Positions 1 through 19,100 of a stretch of 64,000 nt of DNA are shown here, piece after piece. The DNA comes from Balanoglossus misakiensis (lineage: Eukaryota; Animalia; Hemichordata): positions 14,201,129-14,265,128 of the forward strand of contig CM082576.2 of assembly GCA_040954595.2 (NCBI GenBank). The letters are read 5' to 3'. The notes beneath the pieces are model-generated. The model saw only the letters and a list, made by a program, of their open reading frames with translations. It was not told the origin of the DNA and did no database searches. Every line of letters starts with the position of its first letter. The first letter of the stretch is position 1. Both the position numbers and the translations under genes were made by a program.

Positions 1-141
1 TTTATGACTTCACGCCTTCCAATGCCAATCTATCAATGTTTGGGGTGCGTATTGGTGGACCGATGACAATACGTACTTCTCATTATGTTATACAAAAGTC
101 TAGCCTTGTCGTTATCTGCCCTTACTGGGATAATTTTCCGG

Positions 142-344
142 TTAAAGGTATACACGGTCACCTCCAATTTACATATTCCCATGTATGGCTGAAATGGCGT
201 ATCTGGGTTTTCTAAAGAAAATATGGCGGCGCTCTTTTTTTCGCGTGTGCCACCCTCTGAAAATCTGTGATTGGCCGAATTTCAAAATGCCATGGTATAA
301 CTGTAGCTAAATTTGCATAGGTGACCGTACGTGTACATTTTTAA
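142..344. mobile_element. Short TTAA-flanked MITE-like element (Kolobok-like)
   Basis: TTAA-aggtatacacggtcacct ... aggtgaccgtacgtgtacattt-TTAA with imperfect inverted ends. A related copy lies at 10144-10330. Confidence 0.6.
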
Positions 345-1426
345 AAATACGTTATGAATATTGTTATAGGCCCACGTCAAAGGGCGTAGCAGCAAGTTGA
401 TTTCACCAAACTAAAATTTTCACATGTGAGGTTAAAATTGTAAATGTGAAAAAATCAAACCGGCTTGCTTTTTTAAGTAAAATTTTATTGGCAAATTCGA
501 AAAAATCGTCAACAAAGAAAAATACAAAATTTCTAATTCTGTACATGGCTTGGTTATAACTTTGTTTCCAGGATAAAGTAAGTACTGTTCTCCTCACACG
601 GTGATCTCACATTCGATTGTTAAATTCTGCATATCTAGACTTTAAGAAAACGGCATGAAATCTTGTTCAAAGATTCGGTTAAAACAATATCACATTTCTT
701 GACGTGCTCTCAGCGGCATGTTTCTCATGAAAGTTTGACAACGCAAAAAATCAGGCCCTCCGATAGTCAGTAAGCTAGTATACCACTTGCATTGCTAAGA
801 AACTCTAACTCGAAAAGACAAAGGTAAACGTCAGCTGACGACAGAAAGTGGTTCTGCGCAAATGGCGCCAAAATAACGGGAATACTACGGCCTGTAGCGT
901 ACATACGGTTAAATTTCTTGCAACGTTATCATAATTGTTCACGTATTTGTGAAGGAGTGTAAAAATAACTCCATTTTTGAGAAAGTATGCGACAGAATAT
1001 AACGGTTAGGTCTATATGCTAGATCTTCCCGGAAGTCACCGACTGTGACGTGTGCATGACAGACAGAATATGATTTGTGGCTGGTGTCTTACCTATACCA
1101 TATCAATTTACGCTGACTGTATCTCTTCTGTAGATACAGCAAAGTTGCCACACAGAAACTAAGTAATTCTGTTCACGAGCTCGAGAATTTTCCAACTATC
1201 ATTTGTACTGCAATCTTTGGCAAGACTTGGCTTAACACACTAATCTCAAAACATTGTGGGGAAAACGGCATCGACATTAGAGTATAAAATGGCCGATGTC
1301 TTTCCTTTAAAATGTTAACTAGTTCCAGAGCTGGTAAACATAGCGTCACTTACTAGTAGTAGTAGTAGCTTAGATTTACTATTTACATGCATACATCTTC
1401 ATCTATAGTTTTGATTTACAACAGTT

Positions 1427-5553
<4,127 letters not shown>

Positions 5554-8133
5554 TGATTTTCAATTTCGATACGTTGTCCGTGCCAGGCACCGGACTAAGT
5601 TGCACGGAGATGTTACCAACCGCACTAAGCTCTTATAACCAGCTCCCCCGATACAGCTATGAAGAAAAATGATATCATTTATTCAACGTACAATGAGTGC
5701 TCTGTGTAAGTTTTAAAGTGTAAACAAAACCGTGACCTGAATGTTTGCAGTACCTGCCGCGATCCGCTGCGTTAATTAATTAATTAATTAATTAAACAAA
5801 CACAATACGGTTGAATCATATCCCGTTTGTCACACCCTGGCATTGTGTATTGGAATGTCCTTGCCAGGTTATTACATGTCTGCAGTGATAGGCGAGTAGT
5901 CTGACAGAGAGGCCAGTTAATCAGGGTACAAAGGTACCCCCAACAAACGAAAAACGTGTATGTCTACTAATCCGTGAATATTGTTAAATGATGACGTCAA
6001 AGCTTCAAAACCTACTTCGTGTCGCTATACAAGTTCCCCAGCGGAACATTCCCAGAACTACCGAACTTGGGAAGAATTTGGATTGGAACAATTCATGTTG
6101 TTCACATAATGTTATGCCTATGTAGGTTTGGTTCAAACAGCCCATAGCCACCCCCCCCCCCCAACCTATATATTCCCACGCATTCGTTGATGACGAGATA
6201 CAGAGACCCGATCTGGCAAACGAGCGCTCCCGTCTGAACCTTACCTTGCTGAAGTTGCTGAAAACTCACTAAGTTACTTCTGAATCAACTTGTCGGCAGG
6301 CCTAGTTGACGGTGAAGTCTCCATCTAACAAGTCAGCGTCCAGATGCTGTAACGGGCAGGTAGCTTTTTATAGAGTGTAGTGTCCAGCTAGGTAGGGATG
6401 AGTAATGTCTGTATACAGGGTCATCAATACCAAATACTTCAGTTGCCAGATAACGAAAGGACATAGGTGCGTGTGACCTCTAAACAACCCGCCTAGTAAT
6501 ACATGCTACCTTGCCGATCCATCGCCGTTGGCGGTACCAACGACAAGTTATACATTTACTCGTATTTCGGCCAACAGGTGATCAACAAACACCGTACTGA
6601 ACAATGATCTGTACCACACAGTGTTGCATTTCACCACTCAAAATAAGAAACACGATAGGGCAATTTATTTGCATACAGTATTAGACTGTCTCACAGCAAA
6701 AGCCTTTATACGATTACAAGATGGATTTCGATGCTTCACTCACGATAACATTCAGAAGCATAGAGCACGAGTTCCATCGAGGTATACGAGCCATTCACCG
6801 ATTGAGACCAAAGAATATGGTAACTTATTTGAAATAAACTTCAAATGAACAACCACAATGAAAGATACCTTCAGGCAATGAGTCAAAGTTGATATTCTGA
6901 TCCCATATTTCATATTCACATAAAGATCCTGTCTGTCTGTCTGTCCACCCGCCTGTCTGACTGTCGGTCTGCCTGCCTACATACCTGCATAGTTGTCTTT
7001 CGGTCATTGTGTACTTCACGGTCTTTTATAGGTCTGTAGACTGTAAATGTAGATCTCTGAGTCTGTATGTCTGATTGATAATGATCATGATGATGACAAC
7101 GGTATCGTTATAAGAACACATGGACAGATTTACAGTCAAGCCACAGTATTCAATTGCTGCGTCATCAAAGTAGCTCTAAATGCCATATTCATGTGTATAA
7201 AATTGCACACATAAAATGCATTCTCTGCATGTTGGTAGTGTTACAAAAATTTACGGTACACACACCGTCCCTCCAGCAGTAATACAGATGGTCAATTTGG
7301 TGATTCAAAACATGATTTTATTGAAACGTATTATTGTAAAACATTGTATTAACTAATTTTACAGCTTACTTTTTTGTACAAGCTACTTTGTGAATACACA
7401 CAAAATATCTACAAAACGAAAACTCTGCAACATCATAGTAATGCACACCTTTGATTTTTAAGAGAAATGTTTGGGGAAATTCTTTCTGCCCGAGATAAGC
7501 AGAGATTCTTTGCAATCTTGCAAAGTTGGTGAGATCATTCTACGTGAACCAGTTCTTGAAATATCAGCTTCAAGACCGACATTCAAGAACATTCGAGCGA
7601 AAACTTGCATTTGTTACTATGGAGTTGGTGCGTGACAACGGCGCGGAGATGAGCTGACACTTGACTACACTTAAGTCAGAGCACCGTGGTTCTGTTACAT
7701 CAGCGAAACAACACCGAAGTACATCTCAAGTATTGGATTCTGACGTCATTGAGATAAGATTGAGCCCACTCCCAATATTTCCATACGGGGGCGTGCGGTC
7801 CAAGTTCATAATATCAATCCATGTAGGCCTATACTCCAAACATGTATCCATTGTTTGGGATTTCTACTCCTATTTGGGATATGTTCAGTTCGTTTACCGT
7901 TATTCTTAATGTTGCGTGTGAAGGGAGTGGGAATATGCTACGGGATTGGGCACTACTCATGATAATCTACACGCATATCTAGAGTGTTCATTGTATTTCC
8001 ATTCAGGTGATCTGTCTGTCGATTCTGCCAGATCATGCCGATTCACCAGTTAGCAGAAATCGAAAACGATCAACTGATCGATCTGATGAGTTAAAAATGC
8101 AGATGATGCTAAATTCAACCTTTGGCAGCCGCA

Positions 8134-11100
8134 CTAGGCCTTGGAAACCGTGCTGGGCTTGTACGAGAGAGTGTATTCAAAGAGTTGCGATTTGCTCATG
8201 TTGTTGTTGGGGACTCCGCATTTCTTTGCCAGTTCCGCATCGCCCTCTACGGCCACTTTCTGCGAGAGGGTCAACGTGGGTCTTGAGATGAGGTAGTTGA
8301 CATTTCCGGTTCTTGTACGAAACAGGAAACGAGCGGCGAAGGACATAAGGAACATCTCCATGACGATAAGCATGTCGAATAAAACTAGAGGATGGATAAA
8401 AAAGGAAAGTTAAATATAAGCAGATAAATTTAAAATAGCGACACTTATTCCGGGTACATTCCCTAGTAAAGTGACTTATTTCGGTCTTCTTGGTAAATTT
8501 AAGAACTTGTAAAAAGAACAGTGGATAAAACAACAAAAATATTGAATATAACAATAATATCAATATACCCCCCAAATATATGCATCAACATGTAATTTAA
8601 GCAATTGCTTGGAGCCAACATACGGTGTTTACTGCAACACTGACTCTTAAGAACTGGGCATATTTCACAATAAGCCAAAACTTTGCTGAAATTTTTATGA
8701 AATTATAATTTGTCTGTTCCGTTCATTCTTTGCAGTTTTTCATGTTACAGCAATTTATTTCGTTGCGTAGGGTGAATGCTTTCTCCATTTTCACTGATTT
8801 AATTTCATCGTGCAAAGATACATGTATGTCCGACAGAACAGTCAATACTATACTTGAACCAAAAATAACTTCTTATGGCGTCGCATACGTATACGTTCTT
8901 ACCGTTGGCTCTGGTCTTGCTGCTGAGCGGGTCGGCGCATTTGATCACATTGGTTGCCACGAGGATTCCAAGAAAAGCGTTTTGGATGTTGCCCAGCAAC
9001 AGCGTCATCTGGATGGACAGAAATTTGGGTCTGAGGCGGAATTCTTGGAGCAGCTGTAACGAAACTCTGTAAATGGCCTGAAGTCCGTACATGGCCAGCA
9101 GAGTGGACGCCACCAGTATGCTGTTCAGGTAAAGGTAGGCTTCGTCAAATGCGATCTGCATGAACGAAAAATAAAAAAGGAAGATTCTGTGAGTAACAGT
9201 CAAAGTATGGACCATTCTCTTACCTACAGGAACAGGCTAAGGCTGCATTCACAAACACCTCTGGAGGGGGGGGCGGGAGAATTCAATTTTTTTTACCGCT
9301 AATTTTCACATGCCCCCCCACACAACCCGAAATATTTTCAAATCCCCCCCTTCCGTACTGCCAAAATTTTGAAATCCCCCCCCCATTTTCTTTCACAGAG
9401 CAAAACACATCTATCTTGTAAAAAAGAAAAACAGCGTTCCCATGAAAAGAATTTGAAACTGATGTTTCCCCCTCATCAGTGGGTATTAAAACTGAACATT
9501 GTTTTTATTGTTTAAGTATTTGTATTCTGTGTTGGGAGACATTGTAAACCGAGAATTGAAGGGGGTGGGTTTGGGAGGGGGTGTCCCCCTCCCACGTAAG
9601 AAAATTTTATAAAATACAGAGCTCAAAGCTGCATTTTAATGAACCCAGCAAAAGCAAATTAACTCAACTACCGGTATGTTGGGGAGGACAAATTAAACCG
9701 TCACCGCTCAAAGTTATCATGGGGTGGGGGCAAGTCCCCTGACCTGGGACACTAGATAAAGCAGTAAATGATTGAAAGGTGTTGATGAATGGAGGGGGTG
9801 GGTGTGGGAGGGGGTGTCCCCCTCCCACATTAGAAAATTTTGTAAAATAAAGGGCGCGAAACTGCATTTTTGTGGACTCAAAATAAATATTTAGTCGTCA
9901 AAGTTTTCAAGTCCCCCCCTTTCAGTCCTTAAATTATTTCAAATCCCCCCCCTTACATACCCTCAATTTTTTCAAATCCCCCCCCTCAATTCTCCCGCCC
10001 CCCCCCTCCAGAGGTGTTTGTGAATGCAGCCTAAGCCTAAACCAAAACCACTGTCAAAAGAGTCTATACGTCTGGCTTCGAGATTGCCACAATTCAAATG
10101 TGAAATTTACTCTGAGCCACAAATTACACGAATATATGAAACATTAAAGGTACACGTCACCTCCAATTTACATACGCCCATATATGACTGAAATGGAGCA
10201 TTTCAGTGTTCTAAAGAACAAATGGTGGTGCTCCTTTTTTCGCGTGTGCCTCCCACTAAAAATCTGTGATTGGCTAGATCTCAATTTGCCATGGTAACTG
10301 TAGCTAAAATTACATAGAGGACCGCACATAGTTGATCGAGGAGGACTAATATTTTGCGTGTGATTGTTGTTTTTCTATATTTGTACGTATCCGCGTAATA
10401 CACAGAGAGATAGCGGTGCTATAAGCCAAATAACACACATACCACGCCGGGTTTATACCGTCCATCCGTCCACAGAACGGTGGCTATAAACCGCGCAATG
10501 GGTCCAATTATCGCCGTCTGCAAAACGAGTTTCTTCATTATACCAAGGAAATGTCTGTCAAGAGAGCACAGCAATAATGTAACGATTGGCCAAACACTTT
10601 CAATATCAGAACTGATTTGAGAATACATTGTTTTATGTCAATATTGATTGTACGAAATCGATCTAAAACCAGTGTAAACTGTCTTAATTGTTTGCGAATA
10701 AGTAAACAGTTTCCTTAACGGATCTCCGTATTAACTTGTCAAACAGCACAAAAGATAAACACTTTTGAATAAATTAGCATGAAAGTGCAGCAACATGGAA
10801 ATCACACCGAATCCTCGGTTCTGTGAGATCAGTGGTCAGTGTCCGGATAAAATCGGTCGCATACTTTCCTTCCCTTCTCTGTAGTGTCTAATATGCATGT
10901 ACAGGCTGTTGAAATAAAGCAGGGGGGCATTGTGTTGTCATTTACGTATAGTCACACCGAACACCGGGAATCTTTGATTGTGGCAACCACGTCGTTTCCA
11001 CTATGAAGTTAGCATATGTGAGGAACAAAAACACATACTTCGAGACTTTCACTGTAGGCAAACAGCAGCAACAACAGCAAAGTAGAGGCGGGAATGCTAT

Positions 11101-14059
11101 CGACGTCTTATCCTCAGCCAGCAACGCAACGGCCGCTTCGTAACCACCATAATAATCAAATATCAGGAGGACAAAGCAATACAACGTCACAGACAAATAC
11201 CTGTAGGATTGCAATAAAGTAATGTCAGTGAAAAGTATTCAGGGAATACTGTAGACTAAAACGAAGCGGCGGTTTGCTAACCGTCAACATGGCGAGGGCA
11301 ATAAGTGACTTATTGACCAGAGAAATAGACGTGATTTGACAACTCGAGCGGAATATGTAGTAAGCTTCAAGTCTGGAGGAACGCTATGTTCTTGTTAACT
11401 TCTTATAAAAATGAAGAATACTAAAAGAAATATAAAACGCGTTTAATTCAGAAAGTTCCGTCAGTCTGAACTGAGTATTGCAACAAGAATAGACGTATAC
11501 TCACAGCGATGAATGAATCGTTGCAATGAAGTGCGCCCGTGGTACATAAATCGCCAACAATGACGTCAGAGAGTACGCCTGTCAGGGTAATATATGCAGT
11601 CAGTAAAATGAAAGGTGCTTCAGACTGGTGAGTGTTCAACAATAATTAATATTCATTATTTTCGTCTTGTGTACGTATACACTGTACCAATAATCTTGGT
11701 AAATTCTGCGGTACAGTGAATTCATAGAAATGAAAGTCAACGACACTGCAGAGTGTATATGTGTCCGGAATCTCAACCAGGCATCTCAACCAATCGCGGT
11801 GCTATTTAATCTCTTCTGATGAAGTCAACGTCCAATCGTGGGGATGGTGGCGGTGCGCCAGAACAGCGCCATCACCGTATATGCAACCTACATTGTAAGT
11901 TTTCCACTGCAAAGATTGTACACGTTTCTCATATTTCGTAAACCTTAACAAAATTCTTAGCGTTGTGCGTGTTGTTGAAACAATATACTCTTGATTGTAA
12001 GGCCAACTTACGTATCCAAATCGACCCTTTCTTTCACGTTTAACTCGAAAAACAACACAGATTGTCTTACCGGGAATAATCCTATGATCCAAATAACCTG
12101 TATCCGACGCCTAGTGGTCGGTAACTTCTTCTGTACAAACATGGCTGACTCCACGAAAATTCCAATGGTTATGATGGACAAAATGGTTGCAACTACCAAT
12201 ATAGCTGTATACGTAGGTGATAGATCTATGAAATGGAAATAAGTACGAAATCACATTACCTTTAAGGGACAAAGTCGATCGATTATTTTGCATTATTTTG
12301 ATCTATATGATAATATTTATTTGCATAAAGGCCACCGGCCCATTGCATTTAGTACATCAAAATGATACAGAGGTAAAGAATTTGATTTGATTGCACCACA
12401 AAATTATACAAAACATTTAGACAGAATATTACATGCTATTACAAATTTAGTGCTTCTTTCCGCAATTCGAATGCTTGATATACATAATTTGCCAGGTTAT
12501 TTATAATATTATATATTATTATAAATATTATTATTTTGATCTACATGTATAGTGACTCACTGGTAGTCACAATTCAACGTTCCATATATGGGTATATAGA
12601 TATAGAAAGCGATCATTTATTTTTTGGTCAATACTAAAAATTGCTTTGTAGTAGTAAGCTCTAGTGTTTAGAGGTACAGATCTTACATAACATAACTGTC
12701 CCTGGGCGTTTTAAGTATTTTTCTTGTGTGTTGCAAAGGTTAAACCATGTGAACTTTGGAGCAAACATGAAACTCGGTGGGGCAGCACATGAACATATTA
12801 CGAGTTCAAAGACAATACCCCTCCCTGACGGTCATGCCCTTTTCCTTTGTACGATTATTTGTTCATTGAGAAACATGTCCCATAATTCCAAAGGACATGT
12901 CAACAGCTGGTCTCCAGTATTAAAGAATTTAATATGGAAATCCCGTGGAATAAAAGACCCCGACATATGTCACTGCGTTCATCACATCCACGCATATCAA
13001 AATATACATAGCCAAGCTTATGGAATTGTTAAACTGATCTAAATACAGTAGTTTGGTGTCTGTATAAATACAGATATAGACTTGCGGTGTGAGTTAACTA
13101 ACTTGTCAATGTGAAAGCCTCATTCCTAGCGTTTACGTGATAACCATTCTATGAGAGACACAGAATATTTATGCGTGAACGAAGCAACTAATGTCTGTAC
13201 CTCATGATTTGCTTCAATAGCGACTGGAAATTTCCCGTTGTGTATGAACACAGATGCCAGGATTTCAGTCTCGATTTTGGTCACGTGCCATTCGTGTTTT
13301 GTTTTGCACGAACAGCGTTATTTTTAGAAGAAGAGCTGAAGGATTATGTCTGTTTTCGCCACGTTTCACGCATGTTGTAAACTGTTAACTAGTGTACGAT
13401 CCAACAAATGCAGGGGTTTTGCATGCAAAGTACACTTTGTTCTCATTGTAGGATGGCACAGTTTTGGGTCTATATTTAATGCTGGCATGAACTGAGAATG
13501 AGCTGAATATTCCATACACGTGTATTATCATAAAGCAACGTTAACGAACAGTAAATTAATCCACTGCACATTATTCTGCACCCGACAGATGACACCAAGA
13601 GCAACATTTTAGATAGTGTGGCTTGCAACGTTTCAGAAAATAGATGGGCTGTGAATAAATGCGGGCAGGTCATGCTGGCAGCTCTTTGAATTTTAAAGGG
13701 TGCATAGACTTTCACTGGTTGAACCAGCCTCACATTGTTCGCCGTGAAAACATTGATATTGCCGAAGGATTGTTAATTCACTGTGTGTCACTATGCTATT
13801 TTGAATCCGTAAGGGCCAGGGAACACTTTTGAAATCATGAGCGAAGCCAAGGTTGTCAGCTCTTTCGGGGAAACGGTTGGGGTAAAACGCTAAATGACAG
13901 ATGGGTTGCTAATATACTAACATATTTAAGGCAACCAATCAATCGATCGACAAGATACTCACTTGGGAAAATTTCATTCGTGTATGGGTCGGCCATGGAA
14001 CATCCGACCCCACTTCTACTGACGTTGACCGCTGACATGTTTTCTGCTTGGTCTCCCAT
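8134..14059 (-). CDS. SLC51A: Organic solute transporter subunit alpha-like (SLC51A family), paralog 2, 7 exons
   Basis: Exons 13963-14059, 12071-12225, 11505-11578, 11039-11200, 10443-10554, 8903-9155, 8134-8384. Intron phases match paralog 1, and the 74-bp and 112-bp exons have identical lengths in both. Motifs: 'RRRIQVIWIIGLFP', 'IYVPRA', 'DYYGG', 'PPLLCCCCCCLP', 'LRPKF', 'MLIVMEMF'. Confidence 0.88.
9241..10031. mobile_element. PIF/Harbinger (Tourist-like) MITE, copy 1, in an intron of OST-alpha paralog 2
   Basis: TIR GGCTGCATTCACAAACACCTCTGGAGGGGGGG...CCCCTCCAGAGGTGTTTGTGAATGCAGCC with TAA on both flanks. It is non-coding. Confidence 0.85.
10144..10330. mobile_element. Second, degraded copy of the TTAA-flanked MITE seen at 142-344
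   Basis: Shares 'ttaaaggta..cacgtcacctccaatttacata', 'ttttttcgcgtgtgcc', 'aaatctgtgattggc' and 'gccatggta..actgtagctaaa' with 142-344. Confidence 0.65.
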
Positions 14060-16160
14060 CGTATAGTCACTTCAACTGCCGGACAGTAGAGACAAAACCT
14101 ACACGCAGCAGGACACTTCTAATTCAGATAAAAGATCACTGCCAAAATAACAGGCGTCGCGCTTGTCGTCGTTTAAAGCGTCCCCGCACATCCACCTACC
14201 GCTTGAAAACAGACTGGCAACGCGCGACGCGAAAACAGAAGTGTGCACAAACAGTGTGATCCCTGACGCAAAAAAACAACGTCCAATGAATGCATCGCAA
14301 ACAATGGTCGGCGACCCCTGGCAAAGCAAACCCCACTTTCTTTCATCTCTGCCAGTGCAAACTTCAGAAAAAATAGTGCAAATATCTGGTGAAAGGTCAG
14401 AAGAGTCTGAAATTACTTACAAACAGAAAAAATCCAGTAAACACGTTCATGTCCAGAAATTGCTGGATTGAATAGGATCATTGGTGTCATATCACTAGTA
14501 AAAAGGAATTTTAATTTGTAGTATAAATACTGGGATGATCACCGTAAACCTTAATTTATTTCCGCTAATTGCGTTTTCTTTGAATCATAGCGGTAAAAAT
14601 AAATATTCGTAACTCAGGTTGAAGTTATAGTTTGCGTCGGAATGTATCTTGTATATCAATTAAATCTATTTAGTTTTTTATCCAAGAAATATGGCAATCT
14701 CAGTCTTAGTAATCTCGCGTCAGAGATCTGTCCGTACTGTATATGCATCTGATGAAAATAAACAAGGTGAGTAGATATAACAAAGCATGGAACCACATGC
14801 TTACAGAAAAGCTTTCCTAAAATATGCCACTTTAAATACTGTATATGATCTGCCTTTATACCTCTTAAATACACGCGGGACGGCGTTTTAATCCCCAACA
14901 CTTTTACTTGATGTACCGGAATCACAGTAGTTGGCTGTACTGACAACTACCGGAACACAATATTTGTGAAATGTGACACATGCAGGGTTTTCGTCGTGTG
15001 TCTTAGGAGAATAAGAAGTTCAAATTTGCCAAGAGTGGCTTTTAATGCAAGTCGTGTTTGGACTGAACAAAGGTACCAGGCACCGAGGTTCAGTCACTTT
15101 TGTCCTGCAAATCAATGCGTTATATAACCAACGTTTGGATTCTTGGGCGTGTTACCCGGAATAACGGTGTATACGAGAGTTGGGGATACATATGCATTAT
15201 TCTGTGACAACATAGAGATAATTATAATCAGAATAACTTCTATTTTAGAATAAGAAATGGTGAAACTTGGCTCATATCCAGTAGTCTTCGTGACAGGTGT
15301 TAGGTAAAATGACGTCACATGTTCTGTACGAAGTGATGTGTCTACTAGATCAATGGATGTGTTTAATATTGCTTTTAAGGGAGGGCTTTTGCGATTGTTA
15401 CAATATAAGTTTAGCTGTGCATCGGAATCCTGGCGCAACGCACATATTCGTACTCATCTAGCTGTCCGTTTGATATGTAGTCTGAATTCGGTACTTTAAC
15501 TCAGCACTCGTGAATTGTTGCTGCAGAGAATCGCTTATGTTGTCCTCAACTGGAAGCAAAACATTCCCTCTATTGACTATTGTTCAAACACACGTAAATG
15601 CGGCAGAAATTATCAGATAGGGAAAACCCATGCATATAGGACGATATTTGGAAATTTGGTGAAAAAATAGCAAGATTTACGTTTACTAGTACGTAAATTT
15701 TAGAAGTGACTCAAAAAGTGGAGTTAAAAGGCTTACCGTGCCCCATCCAGATCAGCAAGTCGTTGTTTTAAATATAGCTGTTCCAATATACCTGTGCTTC
15801 TAGTGTTTTTGTTACCAATGTCACAGATCTGAAGTTGCAAGGTTAAAAGTGATAATGTGCCGCGGATTCCGCCTCTGGGAAAAATCTGTGTGTTGATGAC
15901 CTCAGCTGTATCGGACAATAATCGAAGGATTAAGGTCGGTCGGACAATGAGCTCGAGTTTTTCATAGATGCCAAGGAAACAAAAAGCAATCAATATCTTG
16001 TTTCGAATCTATAGCCACTGGTACAGAGTCGAACTCTGAGTTGTGTTGATGTGCGTGAGATGAGCAGACGTCCACCTCAATGGCTAACTCGGAAGTCTGA
16101 GCTCTGTTCTTCAGGCTGCTGTTAGTTTTGGAACAGTACCGGTTTTGCGTGTACATCACC

Positions 16161-19100
16161 ATGACTTCCCTAACGACCACATTGACAACAACAGTTCAAC
16201 TATTTTACTTTCTCGCGGTTGCTGTTTTCAGGATTACTGTGGAGAGTATTGAAGCTGGTAAGATCCCTGTTCTTAACTTACACTCGTCTCCGCATTAGTC
16301 ATTTTGTTTATAGAATTGGTCATGATTGACTATTCGGATAAGTCATCAGACTGAAGAAAAGACATTTTGTTCAATATGTAAAAATATCATATCTTTCCGT
16401 TGTAAACTAACACACAGAATTTTTCACAATATCTGAATTCCAAAACATGGTCATGAATCGTCTCTCTCGTGAAGAAACATTGAAAGGTACCAACTTGCGT
16501 AAACTAGGGACTACATCAACGTATTCTGCCTCTGGAGATCGTTGTACCGGTGTTCTTGTAAACGTTTAACCGCATTCTTTCGAAAATACTAGTACACCGT
16601 ATACCATCAATGGAACAAAATCGAGGGGCGGGGTCAACTTGTATGGCGATGGTTCCGCACAATTTTCAGTAACTTCAAATACAGGAAGTATTGTAGCTTC
16701 ATTGACAGTATATACCCACTGAATGTATTATGCTTTGCGGAGATTAGTTTCAATTTGGTGTTTCCTTCGCCGTGGCACAAATTAAAGTAGGGTAATTGCG
16801 GTCTTAAGCCTCTACAACGCCACTGGCGATTACGCACCGAGGGTCACGTTCGCATTGTATTGAACAACGGGAATTTGGTCTTTGTAATTATCAAAGTAGC
16901 AGATCGCTAGTTTTACAAGAATGTCGGGTTGTTGTTTGTTGTTGTTTTTGTTGATATAAGCATCTTTCCAGAGTTCCCAAAGAAACCGAATGCGTTAAAG
17001 TACACAAGAAACGCTTTCTGTCGCGTTAAAAATGTCGATAATCACAAAAAGTGTAAGACACCGGGCAACTAAATGCACATTGTAATCCCTATGAATTTTT
17101 AATGAGTTTCCGAAATCAATACAAGTTCTCAGTCCATTAGAACCCTGACAAAAGAAATTAAAGTTAGTCGTTCATTGTCCTGTTTAGTGTTATCCCCCAA
17201 CCGGCCTTCTCCATTCCATGGCCCTTTTGCTGATTTATGTAATCTGTTTACTTTTCACACTGCTGTATGTAAAAAAATACGTTCGGTTGTCATGTAAACA
17301 AACTTTTATTGATTGTGTTTCAAAGATTTCGGCCAAGTGTCTTCAAGACAATATCATTGGGTGGGAGCGTTTCTGGACGTGAAACCATTGGACAGAGAAA
17401 CAAAATACAACTTGTACAGAGTAGCACAAGTGTATGCATGTATGTCGAAAAACTACAAATGAGAGTCTTCTGGTGCATGGTCACGTGTCCAACTATAGCC
17501 TTTATCTCAAGTGATATAGTTGTATGGAGAATGAAACTGAAAAAAGTCGTGTTGACATGTAAACATAATAATGTACCATTCAAACAATCTAAGTCAGCAT
17601 TTGAAAAAAAAAACCGAGACGTTGATTACAAATTCGTTCGCGGGAACATTTAATGCTGGTTCATTTTGAACTTTCCGGAACAGATTCGATTTTCGGAACT
17701 TGTCCGTAGAACGAATTGCAGTCGCAAAGTTGAAAATCACAGACAAGTCTATGTAGTTGGGTGCGTGAATGCATTATTATTCCATATTTTATATTCCACT
17801 TGTCTTTTTTAGCATTTCATGAAAATATCATTTTAAATTTGGTTCTGCGTTGATACTCGTAGCTTGATCGCATTAAAGAAGGGTAAATTAAATATGGTTA
17901 TATTTGTTCCAGACTTGGTCATAACTGAAATGATAGGTCCGTTCGTCGCACCCACATATCAACCTGGCGGCTCGACTACGTCCATCACCCTCGCCGTCTA
18001 CCTAACCAACGCTGGCCCTGACGTCATCCCGGCCAGCTCCGGCGACCACAATTTTGACGTCGGCGTGTTTTTCGCCGAGAGCGACGACCTGCTGAACCCG
18101 GTCGAGGTGACCAGTTCGTTCACGGTGACCGGCACAAGTCCCGCCGGCGATATTGAGATCCTGGAGTTGGCCGTCACCCAGCACAGCATGGACGTCAGCG
18201 TGGACCTGCTTTTCCCGCTGGCTGGCTGTTCGGTGTACAGCCACCTGTGCGTCGTGATCAACGAGACGTCGTATGAAGATCCAGTTAAGGATAACCATTA
18301 TCGCTGTCTGGCGTTTGATGGTTCACTGTTCGCCGCTGGTGTCGCTAATTGTCCGTCAGGTGAGTAAATAACTTATATACAAGTATTGAAGCGGGTTATG
18401 GTACATACGGACACCAATCTTCCAGCTGACTATTAGTATTTGTCAAGACGATTTTCTACACACATTTTTGTGAATTTTATTGCATATAAAATGGATCGAC
18501 GAAGGCCGAGAGAGTGTGATATTAGTTTGTTTGCTTACATTGAATTTATCAGACAGTTGTTTTGTTATTTTTTTATGTAATAGACATAAAGCCAGTATCA
18601 TTTAACGTGACGTCACCATACAACCACCAATACGAACAAGAAGAGCAGACGGAGATTACACTGGACATAGACATCATCAACAGCGGAGGGACGGTCATAG
18701 ATGCCGCTGACGGGGATAACTTCAACATCAGCAGTGTCGTCATCAGCAGTGCCGCGGCGCTTGATGCGAATGACGTCATCAAGACGACGTTCGAACCCAA
18801 CGTTTCAGCCGCGACCAATCTCGGCGTGGGATTGGATTATTGGGCGAGCGTAACGATCAATGACGTCGTCGCAACTCTGCTTTTGCCAGAAGAGAAGTGC
18901 GACCAGTACAAGTACCTCTGTGTCGTAATAACAAAAGGTGAGGATTGTGTGATGTATTCTCATAAAAACACCTTCGTTTCAACTGACTGTCTTTGGTGAG
19001 TGCAACTTTTACACGATTTTACAATCATTCTCAGATCATTTGTGCAACACTGAAAATAAACACGACCAATCTACACATTGTTGTTTCATTGGATTTCATC